64,000 bases of DNA, taken from Candidatus Levybacteria bacterium RIFCSPHIGHO2_01_FULL_37_17. Its GTDB lineage: Bacteria; Patescibacteriota; Microgenomatia; Levybacterales; UBA12049. The position numbers and the translations under genes were made by a program. Positions within the stretch are counted from its first letter, which is position 1. Every line of letters starts with the position of its first letter. Location of the stretch: assembly GCA_001782035.1 (NCBI GenBank), contig MFNL01000001.1, positions 84,078 to 148,077 of the forward strand. Direction: 5' to 3'. The notes beneath the pieces are model-generated. The model saw only the letters and a list, made by a program, of their open reading frames with translations. It had not been told where the DNA came from and made no database searches. This document shows positions 1-10,151 of the stretch, piece after piece.

Positions 1-287
1 TTGAAAATTTAAAAAGTGTCTCTTCTCCCTATTTTATTTTAAAATATAAAAAAGGAGATGAAAAAACAGCGCATTTCGGATTCATAGTTTCTAAAAAAAT
101 TAATAAGCGAGCAGTTGTTAGAAATCAAGTAAAAAGGAAGCTGCGAGAAATCGTTGTAAAAAATTTAGAAAGCGTTATGTCTGGAACCTTTTTTTTGATT
201 GCACGAGAAAAAAGCACAGAAGCTAGTTTTGAAAATTTAGATTTCTCTTTCAAGCAAATTTTAAAAAAAGAAAAATTAGTAAAATGA
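1..287 (+). CDS. rnpA: Ribonuclease P protein component (5' truncated by window edge)
   Basis: Manual translation from nt 3 gives GFIVSKKINKRAVVRNQVKRKLRE (RnpA RNR-type motif); TGA at 285-287 overlaps the yidD ATG; canonical rnpA-yidD-yidC order. Confidence 0.93.
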   Translation, partial: ENLKSVSSPYFILKYKKGDEKTAHFGFIVSKKINKRAVVRNQVKRKLREIVVKNLESVMSGTFFLIAREKSTEASFENLDFSFKQILKKEKLVK

Positions 288-502
288 AAATTATTTTTAT
301 AACCTTACTTAATGTTTACCAAAAATTTTTATCTCCCCTTTTAAAACAAGCACTGGGGTTCAATAACTCGTGCAGGTTTTATCCAACCTGCTCTGAGTAT
401 GCAAAAATTCAAATCTCAGAAAAAGGAATTTTAAAAGGCACAACCCTTGCAATAGAGAGAATATTAAAATGCCAACCATTTTATAATCCGGCCAAAATAT
501 GA
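284..502 (+). CDS. yidD: Membrane protein insertion efficiency factor YidD
   Basis: YQKFLSP...CRFYPTCSEYA...RILKCQPF signature; synteny. Confidence 0.95.
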   Translation: MKIIFITLLNVYQKFLSPLLKQALGFNNSCRFYPTCSEYAKIQISEKGILKGTTLAIERILKCQPFYNPAKI

Positions 503-1323
503 TTAGTTTTGACACTATTATTTTAAACCCAATTTTAAACGTTCTCCTTATAAACTATAAACTGTTTTCTACCATAGGTGTTCCTTTCGCATTGGGTTTT
601 GCAATAATAGGACTAACAATTGTAATTAGACTTATTCTTTATCCTCTAATGTCCGCACAGCTTAAAGCTGCAAAAAGAATGCAGGAAGTAAGCCCTCATC
701 TATCAAAGCTTAAAGAGAAGTATAAAAATGACGCAAAACTTCTGCAACAGGAAACAATGAAACTTTATAAAGAATTTGGCGTTAATCCTGCTGCTGGATG
801 TCTTCCAATACTAGTACAACTACCGGTTATTTGGGGACTTTACTCGGTATTAATTAAAGTTATTAATCTTGGGTCAAACACCGTTGCGGAAGTTAATAGG
901 CTTGCATATTCTGATTTTCTCAAAATAGACAAAACATGGGATGTATATTTCTTTGCTCTTCCTCTCGCACAAAATCCCGGACAGCTGCTAAGCACAATGG
1001 GACCCATAATACTTCTTGTCCCTTTACTCACAGGACTCTTTCAATTTATTCAGTCGAAGATGATGTTGCCTAAAAAAGTTCTTAAAGAAGAAAAAAAAAT
1101 CGCCGAAGCAACCCCTACAAAAAAAGACGATTTTGCAACCGCGTTCCAATCCCAGTCTCTTTACATTTTCCCAATTATGATTGGATTTTTGTCCTACACT
1201 TTTCCAATTGGACTCTCGCTATATTGGAACACGTTTACCATTTTTGGTATCATACAGCAGTACAAAATTTCAGGCCTTGGTGGACTTGAGGATTTGACAA
1301 GACAAATATGGAAGCGAAATTAA
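499..1323 (+). CDS. yidC: Membrane protein insertase YidC/Oxa1
   Basis: AIIGLTIVIRLILYPL, GCLPILVQLP and GLSLYW motifs. Confidence 0.95.
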   Translation: MISFDTIILNPILNVLLINYKLFSTIGVPFALGFAIIGLTIVIRLILYPLMSAQLKAAKRMQEVSPHLSKLKEKYKNDAKLLQQETMKLYKEFGVNPAAGCLPILVQLPVIWGLYSVLIKVINLGSNTVAEVNRLAYSDFLKIDKTWDVYFFALPLAQNPGQLLSTMGPIILLVPLLTGLFQFIQSKMMLPKKVLKEEKKIAEATPTKKDDFATAFQSQSLYIFPIMIGFLSYTFPIGLSLYWNTFTIFGIIQQYKISGLGGLEDLTRQIWKRN

Positions 1324-1748
1324 AAAAATTCATAAAGGAATTTTTTAACATCTTGGAAATTGATGAATCCTTTAATCTAGAAGTAACAGAGGAGGAAATA
1401 AAAGTCTCAATTAGTTCTGAAAACCCCGGCATTCTAATTGGCTATCACGGAGAAACATTGGAGTCCTTGCAACTTATACTCTCTTTGTTTCTTTCCAAAA
1501 AACTTGGCGAGTTTAAGAGAGTGTCTCTTGAAGTAGGAGACTACAAAAAAAATAGAGAAGAATGGTTAAGAAAGCTGGCATTTGATGCAAAAGAAAAAGC
1601 ACTAAGCGAGGGAAGAGAGATTAGGCTTGATGATTTAAAGGCTTGGGAGAGAAGAATAGTTCATATGGAGCTTGCAGATGATAAAGAAGTTCTTTCTGAG
1701 TCTATGGGTGAAGGAAGGGAAAGAGCCCTTGTCATTAGGCCAAGATAA
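1308..1748 (+). CDS. jag: Jag/KhpB-like KH + R3H RNA-binding protein (no Jag_N domain)
   Basis: GILIGYHGETLESLQ KH motif; ERRIVH R3H motif; follows yidC. Confidence 0.88.
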   Translation: MEAKLKKFIKEFFNILEIDESFNLEVTEEEIKVSISSENPGILIGYHGETLESLQLILSLFLSKKLGEFKRVSLEVGDYKKNREEWLRKLAFDAKEKALSEGREIRLDDLKAWERRIVHMELADDKEVLSESMGEGRERALVIRPR

Positions 1749-3003
1749 GACGCTTCCTCTCTTTTACCTTCTTTTGTTTTTTTTACCAACACAATTTGGA
1801 AAACATTTTTGGCCAGAGTCCGCTTTAGTACAAGGACAGAGAATTGACTACATATCACCAACTGTATATGTAACAGACATTTTAATTTTTTTAATCTTTG
1901 TACTTAGCGCGCGATATATAATTTCAACACTTTTGCAAAAGCACAAGAAACAGCTTTTAATCTTTGTACTTTTTACTCTAACACTTGTTGTTGGAGTATC
2001 GATCTCAAAAAATCCACAAGCAGGAGTCTGGGGAATTTTAAAGCTTCTTGAGTTTACCTTTCTTGGCGTATTTATTTATATAAATAAAAGGTCGTTGAAT
2101 TTGAATACCATTGCTATAATTTTTTCCATGAGTATTATATTTGAGTCTCTCCTTGCAATATTCCAGTACATTAATAAGGGTTCGTTTCAGGGTATATTTT
2201 ATTTCTTAGGAGAACGTGGCTTTAACAGTACAACACCGGGCGTTGCAAATGCTTCTATAGATGGCAATATTATTCTCAGGCCTTACGGAACATTCTCACA
2301 CCCAAATGTTCTAGCAGGATATCTTGTTTTGTCAATGGTAGTTTGTGCCTTGCTTGTTAAAAAGCTTAATAGATATTATCTAATAGCATTTCTGATTGGA
2401 ATATGTGGTGTGTTTATATCCTTCTCCCGCACTGCAATAGTTGCATTAGTTTTATTCATTTTTAGTTTCTTTATAATTTCCATTTACGAAAAATATAAGA
2501 AAGGCAAACTGAATCTTGCTGCTAATAAAAACAATTTACTACTTTTATTGCCACTGCTTTTTATAATAATGTTATTTTTAGGCGGCTTAATATACGGAAG
2601 GTTTCTTAACTTAAATTTTTATGATGAGTCTGTATCTAATCGAGTAGCTCTTGCAAAAGAATCCGTCAGAATGATTGCAGGAAATCCCGTATTTGGGATT
2701 GGGATAAATAACTTTTTTGACAGCCTAAACCCAGGCTTTAAAAATTTTTCAGAGATACAGCCGGTTCACAATATTTTCTTGCTTACCTTTTCGGAGACTG
2801 GGATAATTGGGCTTTCATTCTTAATACTTCTTTTAACTATGGCTGCCAAGAACAATAAGCTTAGCTTCATAGCTGTTTTTGCAGTGATCATTTTGGGAAG
2901 CCTAGATCATTATTTATTAACACTTCAACAGGGACAGCTTATTTTTACCATCTTAATTTCACTTTTTCTTGAGCGTGGTCTTTCTGCTAGAATAGAATTA
3001 TAA
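1672..3003 (+). CDS. O-antigen ligase (Wzy_C/WaaL)-family membrane protein; true start probably nearer 1729-1780
   Basis: RPYGTFSHPNVLAG, SFSRTA, GIGINNF and PVHNIFL motifs; multiple TM segments. Confidence 0.85.
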   Translation: MQMIKKFFLSLWVKEGKEPLSLGQDKTLPLFYLLLFFLPTQFGKHFWPESALVQGQRIDYISPTVYVTDILIFLIFVLSARYIISTLLQKHKKQLLIFVLFTLTLVVGVSISKNPQAGVWGILKLLEFTFLGVFIYINKRSLNLNTIAIIFSMSIIFESLLAIFQYINKGSFQGIFYFLGERGFNSTTPGVANASIDGNIILRPYGTFSHPNVLAGYLVLSMVVCALLVKKLNRYYLIAFLIGICGVFISFSRTAIVALVLFIFSFFIISIYEKYKKGKLNLAANKNNLLLLLPLLFIIMLFLGGLIYGRFLNLNFYDESVSNRVALAKESVRMIAGNPVFGIGINNFFDSLNPGFKNFSEIQPVHNIFLLTFSETGIIGLSFLILLLTMAAKNNKLSFIAVFAVIILGSLDHYLLTLQQGQLIFTILISLFLERGLSARIEL

Positions 3004-3425
3004 TGGCAGACGTATTTGTTTATACAGATGGTGGAGCAAGAGGAAACCCGGGACCTGCTGCAATAGGAGTATACATTGAAAACGGAAGTGGTCAGCCTCT
3101 GTTTCTATCCGGGAAAAAAATTGGGGAAACCACAAATAACATTGCAGAATACACCGCTATTCTTGAGGCATATAACTGGCTCATTGTAAACAAAAACCTA
3201 CTCGATGCTGACGCAAAAATCCATTTTTATATGGATTCTCTTCTTGCATATTCACATATAAGTAGACTTTATAAAATAAAAAATGAAAACTTAAGACAAC
3301 TTGTGTTAGAAATTTGGGAGAAAGAAAAAAACTTGGGTATTCCGGTATTTTATAACCACGTGAGACGTGAAGGAAATAAAAAGGCGGATTTGTTGGTAAA
3401 TCAAGCATTAGATAATTTAATCTGA
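3003..3425 (+). CDS. rnhA: Ribonuclease HI family protein
   Basis: YTDGGARGNPGPAA, TNNIAEY, MDS, HVRREGNKKADLL catalytic D-E-D-D set. Confidence 0.92.
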   Translation: MADVFVYTDGGARGNPGPAAIGVYIENGSGQPLFLSGKKIGETTNNIAEYTAILEAYNWLIVNKNLLDADAKIHFYMDSLLAYSHISRLYKIKNENLRQLVLEIWEKEKNLGIPVFYNHVRREGNKKADLLVNQALDNLI

Positions 3426-6110
3426 ATGAACTCACCTGCTCTTGTTACAAAAGAATTTAAAAGTGAATTTCCAGTGCTTGTCGTTGATAAAATAGGCATC
3501 CTCGGGGCTGCGCTAGCAGAAAAAATAAAGGATGAGACGCTAGTTATTTTGGTAAGCGCCAAAAAACAAGAAGACCCAAATATTATTCATATACCATATG
3601 AAAGAATTACTCCAAGCATTCCCGATAACACATATTCACACATTTTTCTAATTGACGAAGACGGAGTCTTATCAAAAAGTATGATTACGCCTTTCGTAAA
3701 AAAAGCAGAACACGACGGCTCTGAATTAGTTCTAGTTTTAAGACGAGATATGCTCCAAGATGACTTTGCCGATAGTTTCATTTCTTCCTACGATAAGGCA
3801 AAGATTGTTATAACAGGAGATATTTTTGCTAGCGATTATATTTTTGATTCATCAACAGACATAAATCGTTTTATAAAACATGCAAAAGAAAATAAAAAGA
3901 TAGAAATTGCAGGCGAAGGTTTAAGGCAAACATTCCCCGTTTTTGTCGAAGACGCTGTATGGGGAATACTCCAAGCCGGCTTTATTGAAAAAGACGATAG
4001 AGCTTTTAAAATTTATCCAAGCGGTTATACGCTTCTTTCCATCTCCCGAATTTTACAAAAAATTGATCCGGACCTAAAAATAAACTTTGTAGAAGACAAA
4101 TCGTCACTCCCGAAAGGACAAAATGAGCACCAAGGAAAAATGCTTTTAGATAAAAACTACGACTTGGAAGCAAGGATAAAAAAAATCAAATTTGAAAAGG
4201 CTAAATTTGAAGAAGTCGAGCGCAGAAAAGAGAGCAAACCCTCCATTGAGCTTATTAGATTTAGTGGTCTATCTCGGTTTATTGCAGTAAGTCTTCTAAC
4301 ACTTTTTCTTGTTTTAATCATGCCGATTTTTTTTACTCTTATTTCTTTTTTTGCGGGAGCTCTTCTTTTGCAAGGGGCTAAAATTCAAGTCGAAAAGGGG
4401 CAATTTGAATCATCAAAAAATTACACACAAAGCTCGTACTATGCATTCATATTTTCCCATAGCTCTTTTCCAATTTTCTTAAAAGAGGCAAGCTTTGTAG
4501 GATTGGAAGGAAAAGCGTTAGAGCTTTCAACCAAAATAGATCAAGGAAAAGAAGCATCGTTTGCAATACTAAGTTTTTTTAAAAGCGTAGATAAAATTAA
4601 AAGAATTTTTGATGGCAGCGCTTCTGTTTCGGAAAAAGAATTCAGTGAAGTAGCAGATGATATAAAGCTTTCTTTGGTTTTTTACCAAAAACAGAAAAAT
4701 AATGGAGTCATTCCTGAATCGATAAGTAAAAAATTCGAACCACTTCTGACATTTACCTCTGCAACAATTGAAAGCTGGCCTGAAATTCTGGGATTTAAAG
4801 GGGAAAGAAAGTATTTAATACTGTTGCAAAACAATATGGAGCTAAGAGCTACAGGCGGATTCATAGGCTCTTTTGCTATTACCAGAATTAAAAATGGCAA
4901 ACTTACAAATTTTAAAATTTATGATGTATATGATGCAGACGGACAGCTGAAAGGGCATATTGAGCCTCCATTTGCAATTCGAAGATACCTTAGCTCTCCG
5001 AACTGGTATTTAAGAGATAGTAACTTCGATATCGACTTTTCCCAAAGCGCACAGGCTTCTGCAGTTTTTCTACAAACAGAGCTTAAAGAAACAGTGGATG
5101 GAGTCCTTGCAGTTGACCTCTCATTCGTACGTAGCTTGCTTGAGACTATCGGAGACGTTAAGGTTTTGGATTATAACGAGACAGTCAATTCGGATAACCT
5201 CTTCCAACTAACTCAGGCAAAAGTGGAAGAGAATTTTTTTCCGGGTTCCAAACAAAAAAAAGATTTTCTAAGAAGTTTATATGTTTCAATTCAAACCAAG
5301 CTATCAAGTGATAAAACTACCCCCTATTTAAATGTTCTTCAAAGCGCTATAGCATCGGTTTCTGAAAAGCATATTTTATTTGCGTTTAATAAGGTAAACG
5401 TATCATCGCTTTTTTCAGTAAACGGTTGGGGAGGAACGCTTTTTGACGACAGGAAAAAATCGGATGCAACCATTAATGACTTTGTTGGAATTAATGAATC
5501 TAATTTTGGAGCAAATAAAGTAAATTATTATTTATCAAGAAGTCAGAACTTAAGTACAACAATTGCGGAAAATGGGGAAGTCACAAATGTATTAAAATTA
5601 AGTTATAAAAACAACGCGCCCAAGAGCTTAAACACTAAAGGCTTATATAAAAATTATTTAAGACTTATACTTCCTTTTGCAAGCCAGATTTCAAAAGTAG
5701 AAATAGATGGGATTGAGCAAAGCATTATTCCAGCGGTAACGCAGCCTAGTGTTTATGAGGCAACAAATTTTAAACCCCCTCAGGGACTTGAAATTGAAGT
5801 GACTGAAAATTCGGCAAAGTCTGTTTTCGGAATGTTATTAAACATAGAGCCAGAAGCATTAAAAACCATAACGATAACTTATAAGTTGGCAAGTAAACTT
5901 AACTTGAACCAGGCTAGTTTTAATTATAGTTTAAAAGCCTACAAACAGCCGGGAATTGATAATATTCCTTTTGGTTTCTCACTTAATTTACCAAGTTTTT
6001 TAACAGTTGTTGACTATCCGAAAGAAGCAGGTATTAAATCTAATGGAGCAAGCTTTTCGTCAAGCTTAAGGAAGGATTCAGACTTTATTTTTAATCTTTC
6101 CAAGAAATAG
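3426..6110 (+). CDS. DUF4012-domain large membrane-anchored protein with degenerate N-terminal epimerase-like region
   Basis: YLILLQNNMELRATGGFIGS, WYLRDSNFDIDF and NFGANKVN motifs typical of DUF4012; central TM helix. Confidence 0.8.
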   Translation: MNSPALVTKEFKSEFPVLVVDKIGILGAALAEKIKDETLVILVSAKKQEDPNIIHIPYERITPSIPDNTYSHIFLIDEDGVLSKSMITPFVKKAEHDGSELVLVLRRDMLQDDFADSFISSYDKAKIVITGDIFASDYIFDSSTDINRFIKHAKENKKIEIAGEGLRQTFPVFVEDAVWGILQAGFIEKDDRAFKIYPSGYTLLSISRILQKIDPDLKINFVEDKSSLPKGQNEHQGKMLLDKNYDLEARIKKIKFEKAKFEEVERRKESKPSIELIRFSGLSRFIAVSLLTLFLVLIMPIFFTLISFFAGALLLQGAKIQVEKGQFESSKNYTQSSYYAFIFSHSSFPIFLKEASFVGLEGKALELSTKIDQGKEASFAILSFFKSVDKIKRIFDGSASVSEKEFSEVADDIKLSLVFYQKQKNNGVIPESISKKFEPLLTFTSATIESWPEILGFKGERKYLILLQNNMELRATGGFIGSFAITRIKNGKLTNFKIYDVYDADGQLKGHIEPPFAIRRYLSSPNWYLRDSNFDIDFSQSAQASAVFLQTELKETVDGVLAVDLSFVRSLLETIGDVKVLDYNETVNSDNLFQLTQAKVEENFFPGSKQKKDFLRSLYVSIQTKLSSDKTTPYLNVLQSAIASVSEKHILFAFNKVNVSSLFSVNGWGGTLFDDRKKSDATINDFVGINESNFGANKVNYYLSRSQNLSTTIAENGEVTNVLKLSYKNNAPKSLNTKGLYKNYLRLILPFASQISKVEIDGIEQSIIPAVTQPSVYEATNFKPPQGLEIEVTENSAKSVFGMLLNIEPEALKTITITYKLASKLNLNQASFNYSLKAYKQPGIDNIPFGFSLNLPSFLTVVDYPKEAGIKSNGASFSSSLRKDSDFIFNLSKK

Positions 6111-6716
6111 TTCGATAAAGTCATTTTTAGTTCTTTGTATATTTCTCCCGTGCTCTATTAATAAATACGTTAGAGCAAGCCAGTCCTTTTTTTCAAAAAG
6201 CTTCATTAAATCTTGTTCTATCTTGTCAACATTTCTGTGTTTAGTAAAGCCGTATTTTAAAGACAATCTTTTAACATGAGTATCTACAGCGATCCCTTCA
6301 TAAATTCCAAAAGCGTTGCCTAAAACCACATTTGCAGTTTTTCTCCCAACTCCCGGAAGGCTTATCAACTGGCGCATATCTTTAGGAACTTGACTATTAA
6401 ACTCCTTAAGTATCTTGCCTGCGGTCTTTTTAATATTTCTTGCTTTTGTTTTATAAAGTCCAACCTGCTTTAAATCTTGCTCAAAATCTTTTAAATTAAC
6501 ATTCGAATAATTTTCTATCTCACCTCGCATGTTTCTACCTCTATATTTTGGAAATAGTTTTGATGTCACTTTGTTAACTTGGACGTCTCTGGTTTGAGTG
6601 GAAAGCATAACAGAGAGCAAAAGCTCGAATTCGTTTGAGTAATTAAGAATTATTTTTGCGCTTGGGTAGCTTTTTTTAAGAAGTTTAAGAATTTTGCTTG
6701 CCCTTTTCTTGTCCAT
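6078..6716 (-). CDS. nth: Endonuclease III (HhH-GPD glycosylase) lacking the C-terminal 4Fe-4S motif
   Basis: LSTQTRD, LPGVGRKTANVVL and AVDTHV motifs; start at 6716 or 6722. Confidence 0.9.
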   Translation of the reverse strand: MDKKRASKILKLLKKSYPSAKIILNYSNEFELLLSVMLSTQTRDVQVNKVTSKLFPKYRGRNMRGEIENYSNVNLKDFEQDLKQVGLYKTKARNIKKTAGKILKEFNSQVPKDMRQLISLPGVGRKTANVVLGNAFGIYEGIAVDTHVKRLSLKYGFTKHRNVDKIEQDLMKLFEKKDWLALTYLLIEHGRNIQRTKNDFIELFLGKIKNKV

Positions 6717-6873
6717 CTGCATTTTGAGGTTGTTTGAGACTATTTAAAGAATTGTGTCTTGGATTTGCAATAATGGTTACATTACCTAACTTGATCCTTA
6801 CCATTTTGGTATGTCTTACTGCCCAAGGGTCCTCGAAAGGACGCCTACCACTAGGTATTCTTTCGCCTGCCAT
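6685..6873 (-). CDS. Small hypothetical protein (MAGERIPSGR...)
   Basis: ATG 7 nt downstream of a minus-strand TATAAT; overlaps the nth start. Confidence 0.5.
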   Translation of the reverse strand: MAGERIPSGRRPFEDPWAVRHTKMVRIKLGNVTIIANPRHNSLNSLKQPQNADGQEKGKQNS

Positions 6874-6939
6874 ACCATGTATTATAACGCAAGACTGCAA
6901 TTATTGCTAAAAAAAATAAATCCAAGTAGAATTAGTGTG

Positions 6940-8979
6940 ATGCAAAAGGATGGTGAAATCTATAAAAGTTGGGAAGAGAAGGGTTATTTTAAACCGGAGT
7001 TGCACACAAATGGAAACCCTTATTCCATAATTCTTCCGCCTCCAAACGCCAATGCTCCGCTTCATTTTGGCCACGCTATGTATACGGTTGAGGATATTTT
7101 AATCCGTTACCATAGACTATTAGGCGATAAAACTTTGTGGCTTCCGGGTGCAGATCATGCAGGCTTTGAAACCCAATTTGTTTTTGAAAAAAAGCTTTTG
7201 GAAAAGGGTAAATCCCGCTTTGACTACGATAGAGAAACTCTTTATAAAATGATTTGGGATTTTGCTGCCGAAAATAGACCAGTAATGGAAAACCAGCTTA
7301 AAAGACTTGGTTTTTCACTCGATTGGAGTAGAAGTAAATTTACACTAGAAGAAGATATTATAAAAATAGTTTATAAGACATTTAAGAAGCTTTATGAAGA
7401 CGGTTTGGTTTATAGAGCTGAAAAGCTAGTAAATTATTGTACTTATGATGGCACTTCATTTTCTGATCTCGAGGTTATATATGAAGAGAAAAATTCTCCT
7501 CTTTACTATATAAAGTATGGACCTCTCACTCTTGCAACAACAAGACCCGAGACAAAATTCGGAGATACTGCCGTTGCGGTTAATCCAAGGGACAAGCGTT
7601 ACAAGCAGTATATCGGCAAGGAAATAGAAATTGAGACTGTATTTGGCAAGGCAAAGCTAAAGGTAATTGCAGATGATATGGTTGACCCGGAATTTGGAAC
7701 GGGGGTTGTAAAGATAACCCCGGCACATGATTTCAACGATTTTGAAGCAGGACAGAGACATAATTTGCCAAGCGTTCAAGTAATTGGGTTAGACGGAAAA
7801 ATGAATGAAAAAGCAGGAAAACTCAAAGGGCTATATGTTAAGCAAGCTCGTAAAGCAATCGTAGAGGAAATGCAGAAGAAAGGACTGGTTGAAAAAATTG
7901 ACGAAAGTTACATAAATAGAATAGGAGTTTGCTACAAATGTAAAAACCCAATCGAACCTCTGCCCCTGGAGCAGTGGTTTATAAAAATGGAGCCTTTAGC
8001 AAAATATGCAATCAAGGCTGTAAAAGAGGGCAAATTAAAAATTTATCCCAAGAATTTTGAAAAGCTGTATTTCCAGTTTCTCGAAAACATAAGAGACTGG
8101 AATATAAGTAGGCAAATTGTCTGGGGAATAAGAATTCCAGCTTGGCAAAATAAAAAAACAAGAGAGTGGAAAGTAACAGAAGGCGAGAATCCTGGCGATG
8201 ACTATATTCAGGATAATGACACTTTCGATACGTGGTTTTCGTCCGGACAGTGGCCTTATGCGTCACTCGCGGCTACAAATTCTTTGGAATTTTATCCAAC
8301 AAGCGTTATGGAAACAGGTTATGACATACTCCGCTGGTGGGTGGCAAGAATGATGATGCTTGGTATTTATATGACCGGGAAGCCTCCTTTTAAAGATATT
8401 TTGCTACATGGATTAGTTAATGACCCGTTGGGCAAAAAAATGAGCAAAAGCAAGGGAAATGTAATAGATCCAATTGAAATAGTTGAGCAGTATGGTGCAG
8501 ATACAGTTAGATTTGCGCTTGTTTATGGAAACGCAACCGGAAATGATCAGGCGTTATCTTACACAAAGCTTGAGGCAGCGAAAAAATTTATTAACAAACT
8601 AAGAAACATAGCAAGGTTTGTTGTTGAAATGAAACCGAAGACAAGCTCTAAAGAGGCAGCACAGAGAATAGAGGATATAAAAGTTATGAAAAATTTGGAA
8701 AAAGTCACAAAAGATGTCACCGATGCTTTGGAAAGATATGATTTTAATTTTGCTTTAAATATGCTTTATGAATTTATTTGGCATTATTTTGCAGATGTTT
8801 ATATTGAACAATCTAAAAAAAGAAGGGAAGAAGCGCAACCTTATCTTGAACATATTTTAAAAACTATGCTTATTCTTCTACACCCTTTCATGCCTTTTAT
8901 TACAGAAGAGCTTTATTTGCAGCTTCCAAACCATTTGGAATCAATAATGCTTGAAAAATGGCCAAAAGTAAAAGCTTAA
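6940..8979 (+). CDS. valS: Valine--tRNA ligase (compact, no C-terminal coiled coil)
   Basis: PPPNANAPLHFGH (HIGH), DWNISRQ and KMSKS motifs; start moved to ATG 6940 after TTGCTA-17-TAGAAT. Confidence 0.96.
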   Translation: MQKDGEIYKSWEEKGYFKPELHTNGNPYSIILPPPNANAPLHFGHAMYTVEDILIRYHRLLGDKTLWLPGADHAGFETQFVFEKKLLEKGKSRFDYDRETLYKMIWDFAAENRPVMENQLKRLGFSLDWSRSKFTLEEDIIKIVYKTFKKLYEDGLVYRAEKLVNYCTYDGTSFSDLEVIYEEKNSPLYYIKYGPLTLATTRPETKFGDTAVAVNPRDKRYKQYIGKEIEIETVFGKAKLKVIADDMVDPEFGTGVVKITPAHDFNDFEAGQRHNLPSVQVIGLDGKMNEKAGKLKGLYVKQARKAIVEEMQKKGLVEKIDESYINRIGVCYKCKNPIEPLPLEQWFIKMEPLAKYAIKAVKEGKLKIYPKNFEKLYFQFLENIRDWNISRQIVWGIRIPAWQNKKTREWKVTEGENPGDDYIQDNDTFDTWFSSGQWPYASLAATNSLEFYPTSVMETGYDILRWWVARMMMLGIYMTGKPPFKDILLHGLVNDPLGKKMSKSKGNVIDPIEIVEQYGADTVRFALVYGNATGNDQALSYTKLEAAKKFINKLRNIARFVVEMKPKTSSKEAAQRIEDIKVMKNLEKVTKDVTDALERYDFNFALNMLYEFIWHYFADVYIEQSKKRREEAQPYLEHILKTMLILLHPFMPFITEELYLQLPNHLESIMLEKWPKVKA

Positions 8980-9344
8980 ACCCACAATTACCGAAGAATT
9001 ACCGAAGAATTACCGAAAAGGGTATTTTGTTGCTAGTTCTAATTTCAATTTTGAGCTTAATCATATTTATTTCCTTAGTTTCGGTTCAGGCATATGATGA
9101 TTTCCAAAAATACCTGGTAATTTCAAAAGAAAGACAAAACTTTTATGAGAAATTAAACTTTTGGAGTTCGATTTTGGATAAGTATCCGGGATATTCAGAC
9201 GCCTCATTTAATATTTCTCTTTTATATTTTCAACTTAATCAATTGGATAAAGCAAGAATTTATCTTGAAAAAACCTTAAGCTTTGACCCAAATTATCCCC
9301 AGGCCGAGAAACTAGAAAAGGAGCTTGAAAAAAGAGGCTATTAG
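8958..9344 (+). CDS. Membrane-anchored TPR-repeat protein
   Basis: One TM helix then YPGYSDASFNISLLYFQLNQLDKARIYLEKTLSFDPN TPR pattern. Confidence 0.7.
   Translation: MAKSKSLNPQLPKNYRRITEKGILLLVLISILSLIIFISLVSVQAYDDFQKYLVISKERQNFYEKLNFWSSILDKYPGYSDASFNISLLYFQLNQLDKARIYLEKTLSFDPNYPQAEKLEKELEKRGY
8986..9018 (+). repeat. Tandem 11-bp repeat x3 (AATTACCGAAG)
   Basis: AATTACCGAAG AATTACCGAAG AATTACCGAAA read directly. Confidence 0.9.
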
Positions 9345-10090
9345 GCTTCTTGAGGTTTTTCTTCTGGTTTTTTCTCTTCCTCAGCGCTCTTTTCTTCAGT
9401 CGAAGTTTGTTCTTCGGTTGCAGATTCGCCTTCAGTCCCTGCGCCTTCCGCAGCCTCTCCCGTGGCCTCACCGGCTTCAGCTTTAGCAGCCTCAGCAGCA
9501 GCAGCTTCCTCAGCTGCTTGTTCAAGTGCCTCTTTAGATACCAATTCTTCTATTTTTGCAACGACCTGGTTTAGATCTGATAAGATGGTAACTCCTTGAG
9601 GAACTTTTAGGTCAGATACTGCAATTTGGTCATCAATTTGTGCCAAATGCTCCACATTAACCTCAATTTTTTCAGGCAATTCGGTGGGCAAAGCTTCCAC
9701 CTCAACTTCGTTGGTAATTTCCATTAGAATACCCGTCTTTTCGGTTACAGCTTTTGGTTCCCCAACGAATTCAAGCGGAACATTTGCTTTAACTTTTTCT
9801 TTGAGGTTTACTTGGAAAAAATCTGCGTGCAAAACATTTCCCCTGAAGTCTTTATAAACATTTTGAATTAAAACGGGTATTGTTTTTGAGCCTAATTCTA
9901 AATCAACGAGCGTAGTTTCACCGCTTTCTTTGTACACGTCCATAAAATTTTTTGTCGGAAGCTGAACTGCGGTTGATTTAACTTCTTTTCCATAGACATT
10001 ACCCGGGGTTATTCCATCTCTTCTTAATTTCTTAACTTTTTTGCCTAAAACTTTTCGTTCTTCGACTTTTAATTTAGGGTGCGTAGCCAT
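9341..10090 (-). CDS. rplY: 50S ribosomal protein L25/Ctc with acidic tail
   Basis: KKLRRDGITPGNVYG, HADFFQV and EVEVEALP motifs; ATG 10090 follows TTGCCA-17-TAAAAT. Confidence 0.95.
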   Translation of the reverse strand: MATHPKLKVEERKVLGKKVKKLRRDGITPGNVYGKEVKSTAVQLPTKNFMDVYKESGETTLVDLELGSKTIPVLIQNVYKDFRGNVLHADFFQVNLKEKVKANVPLEFVGEPKAVTEKTGILMEITNEVEVEALPTELPEKIEVNVEHLAQIDDQIAVSDLKVPQGVTILSDLNQVVAKIEELVSKEALEQAAEEAAAAEAAKAEAGEATGEAAEGAGTEGESATEEQTSTEEKSAEEEKKPEEKPQEA

Positions 10091-10151
10091 AATCGTTATT
10101 TTACCTGAAAGCGCTAGGTATGGCAAGTAGAGCGCGTGCTATAATTGAGGC

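Noticed and set aside
9345-9530. Low-complexity GC-richer repeat-like stretch
   Set aside because: It is the Ala/Glu-rich C-terminal tail of ribosomal protein L25.
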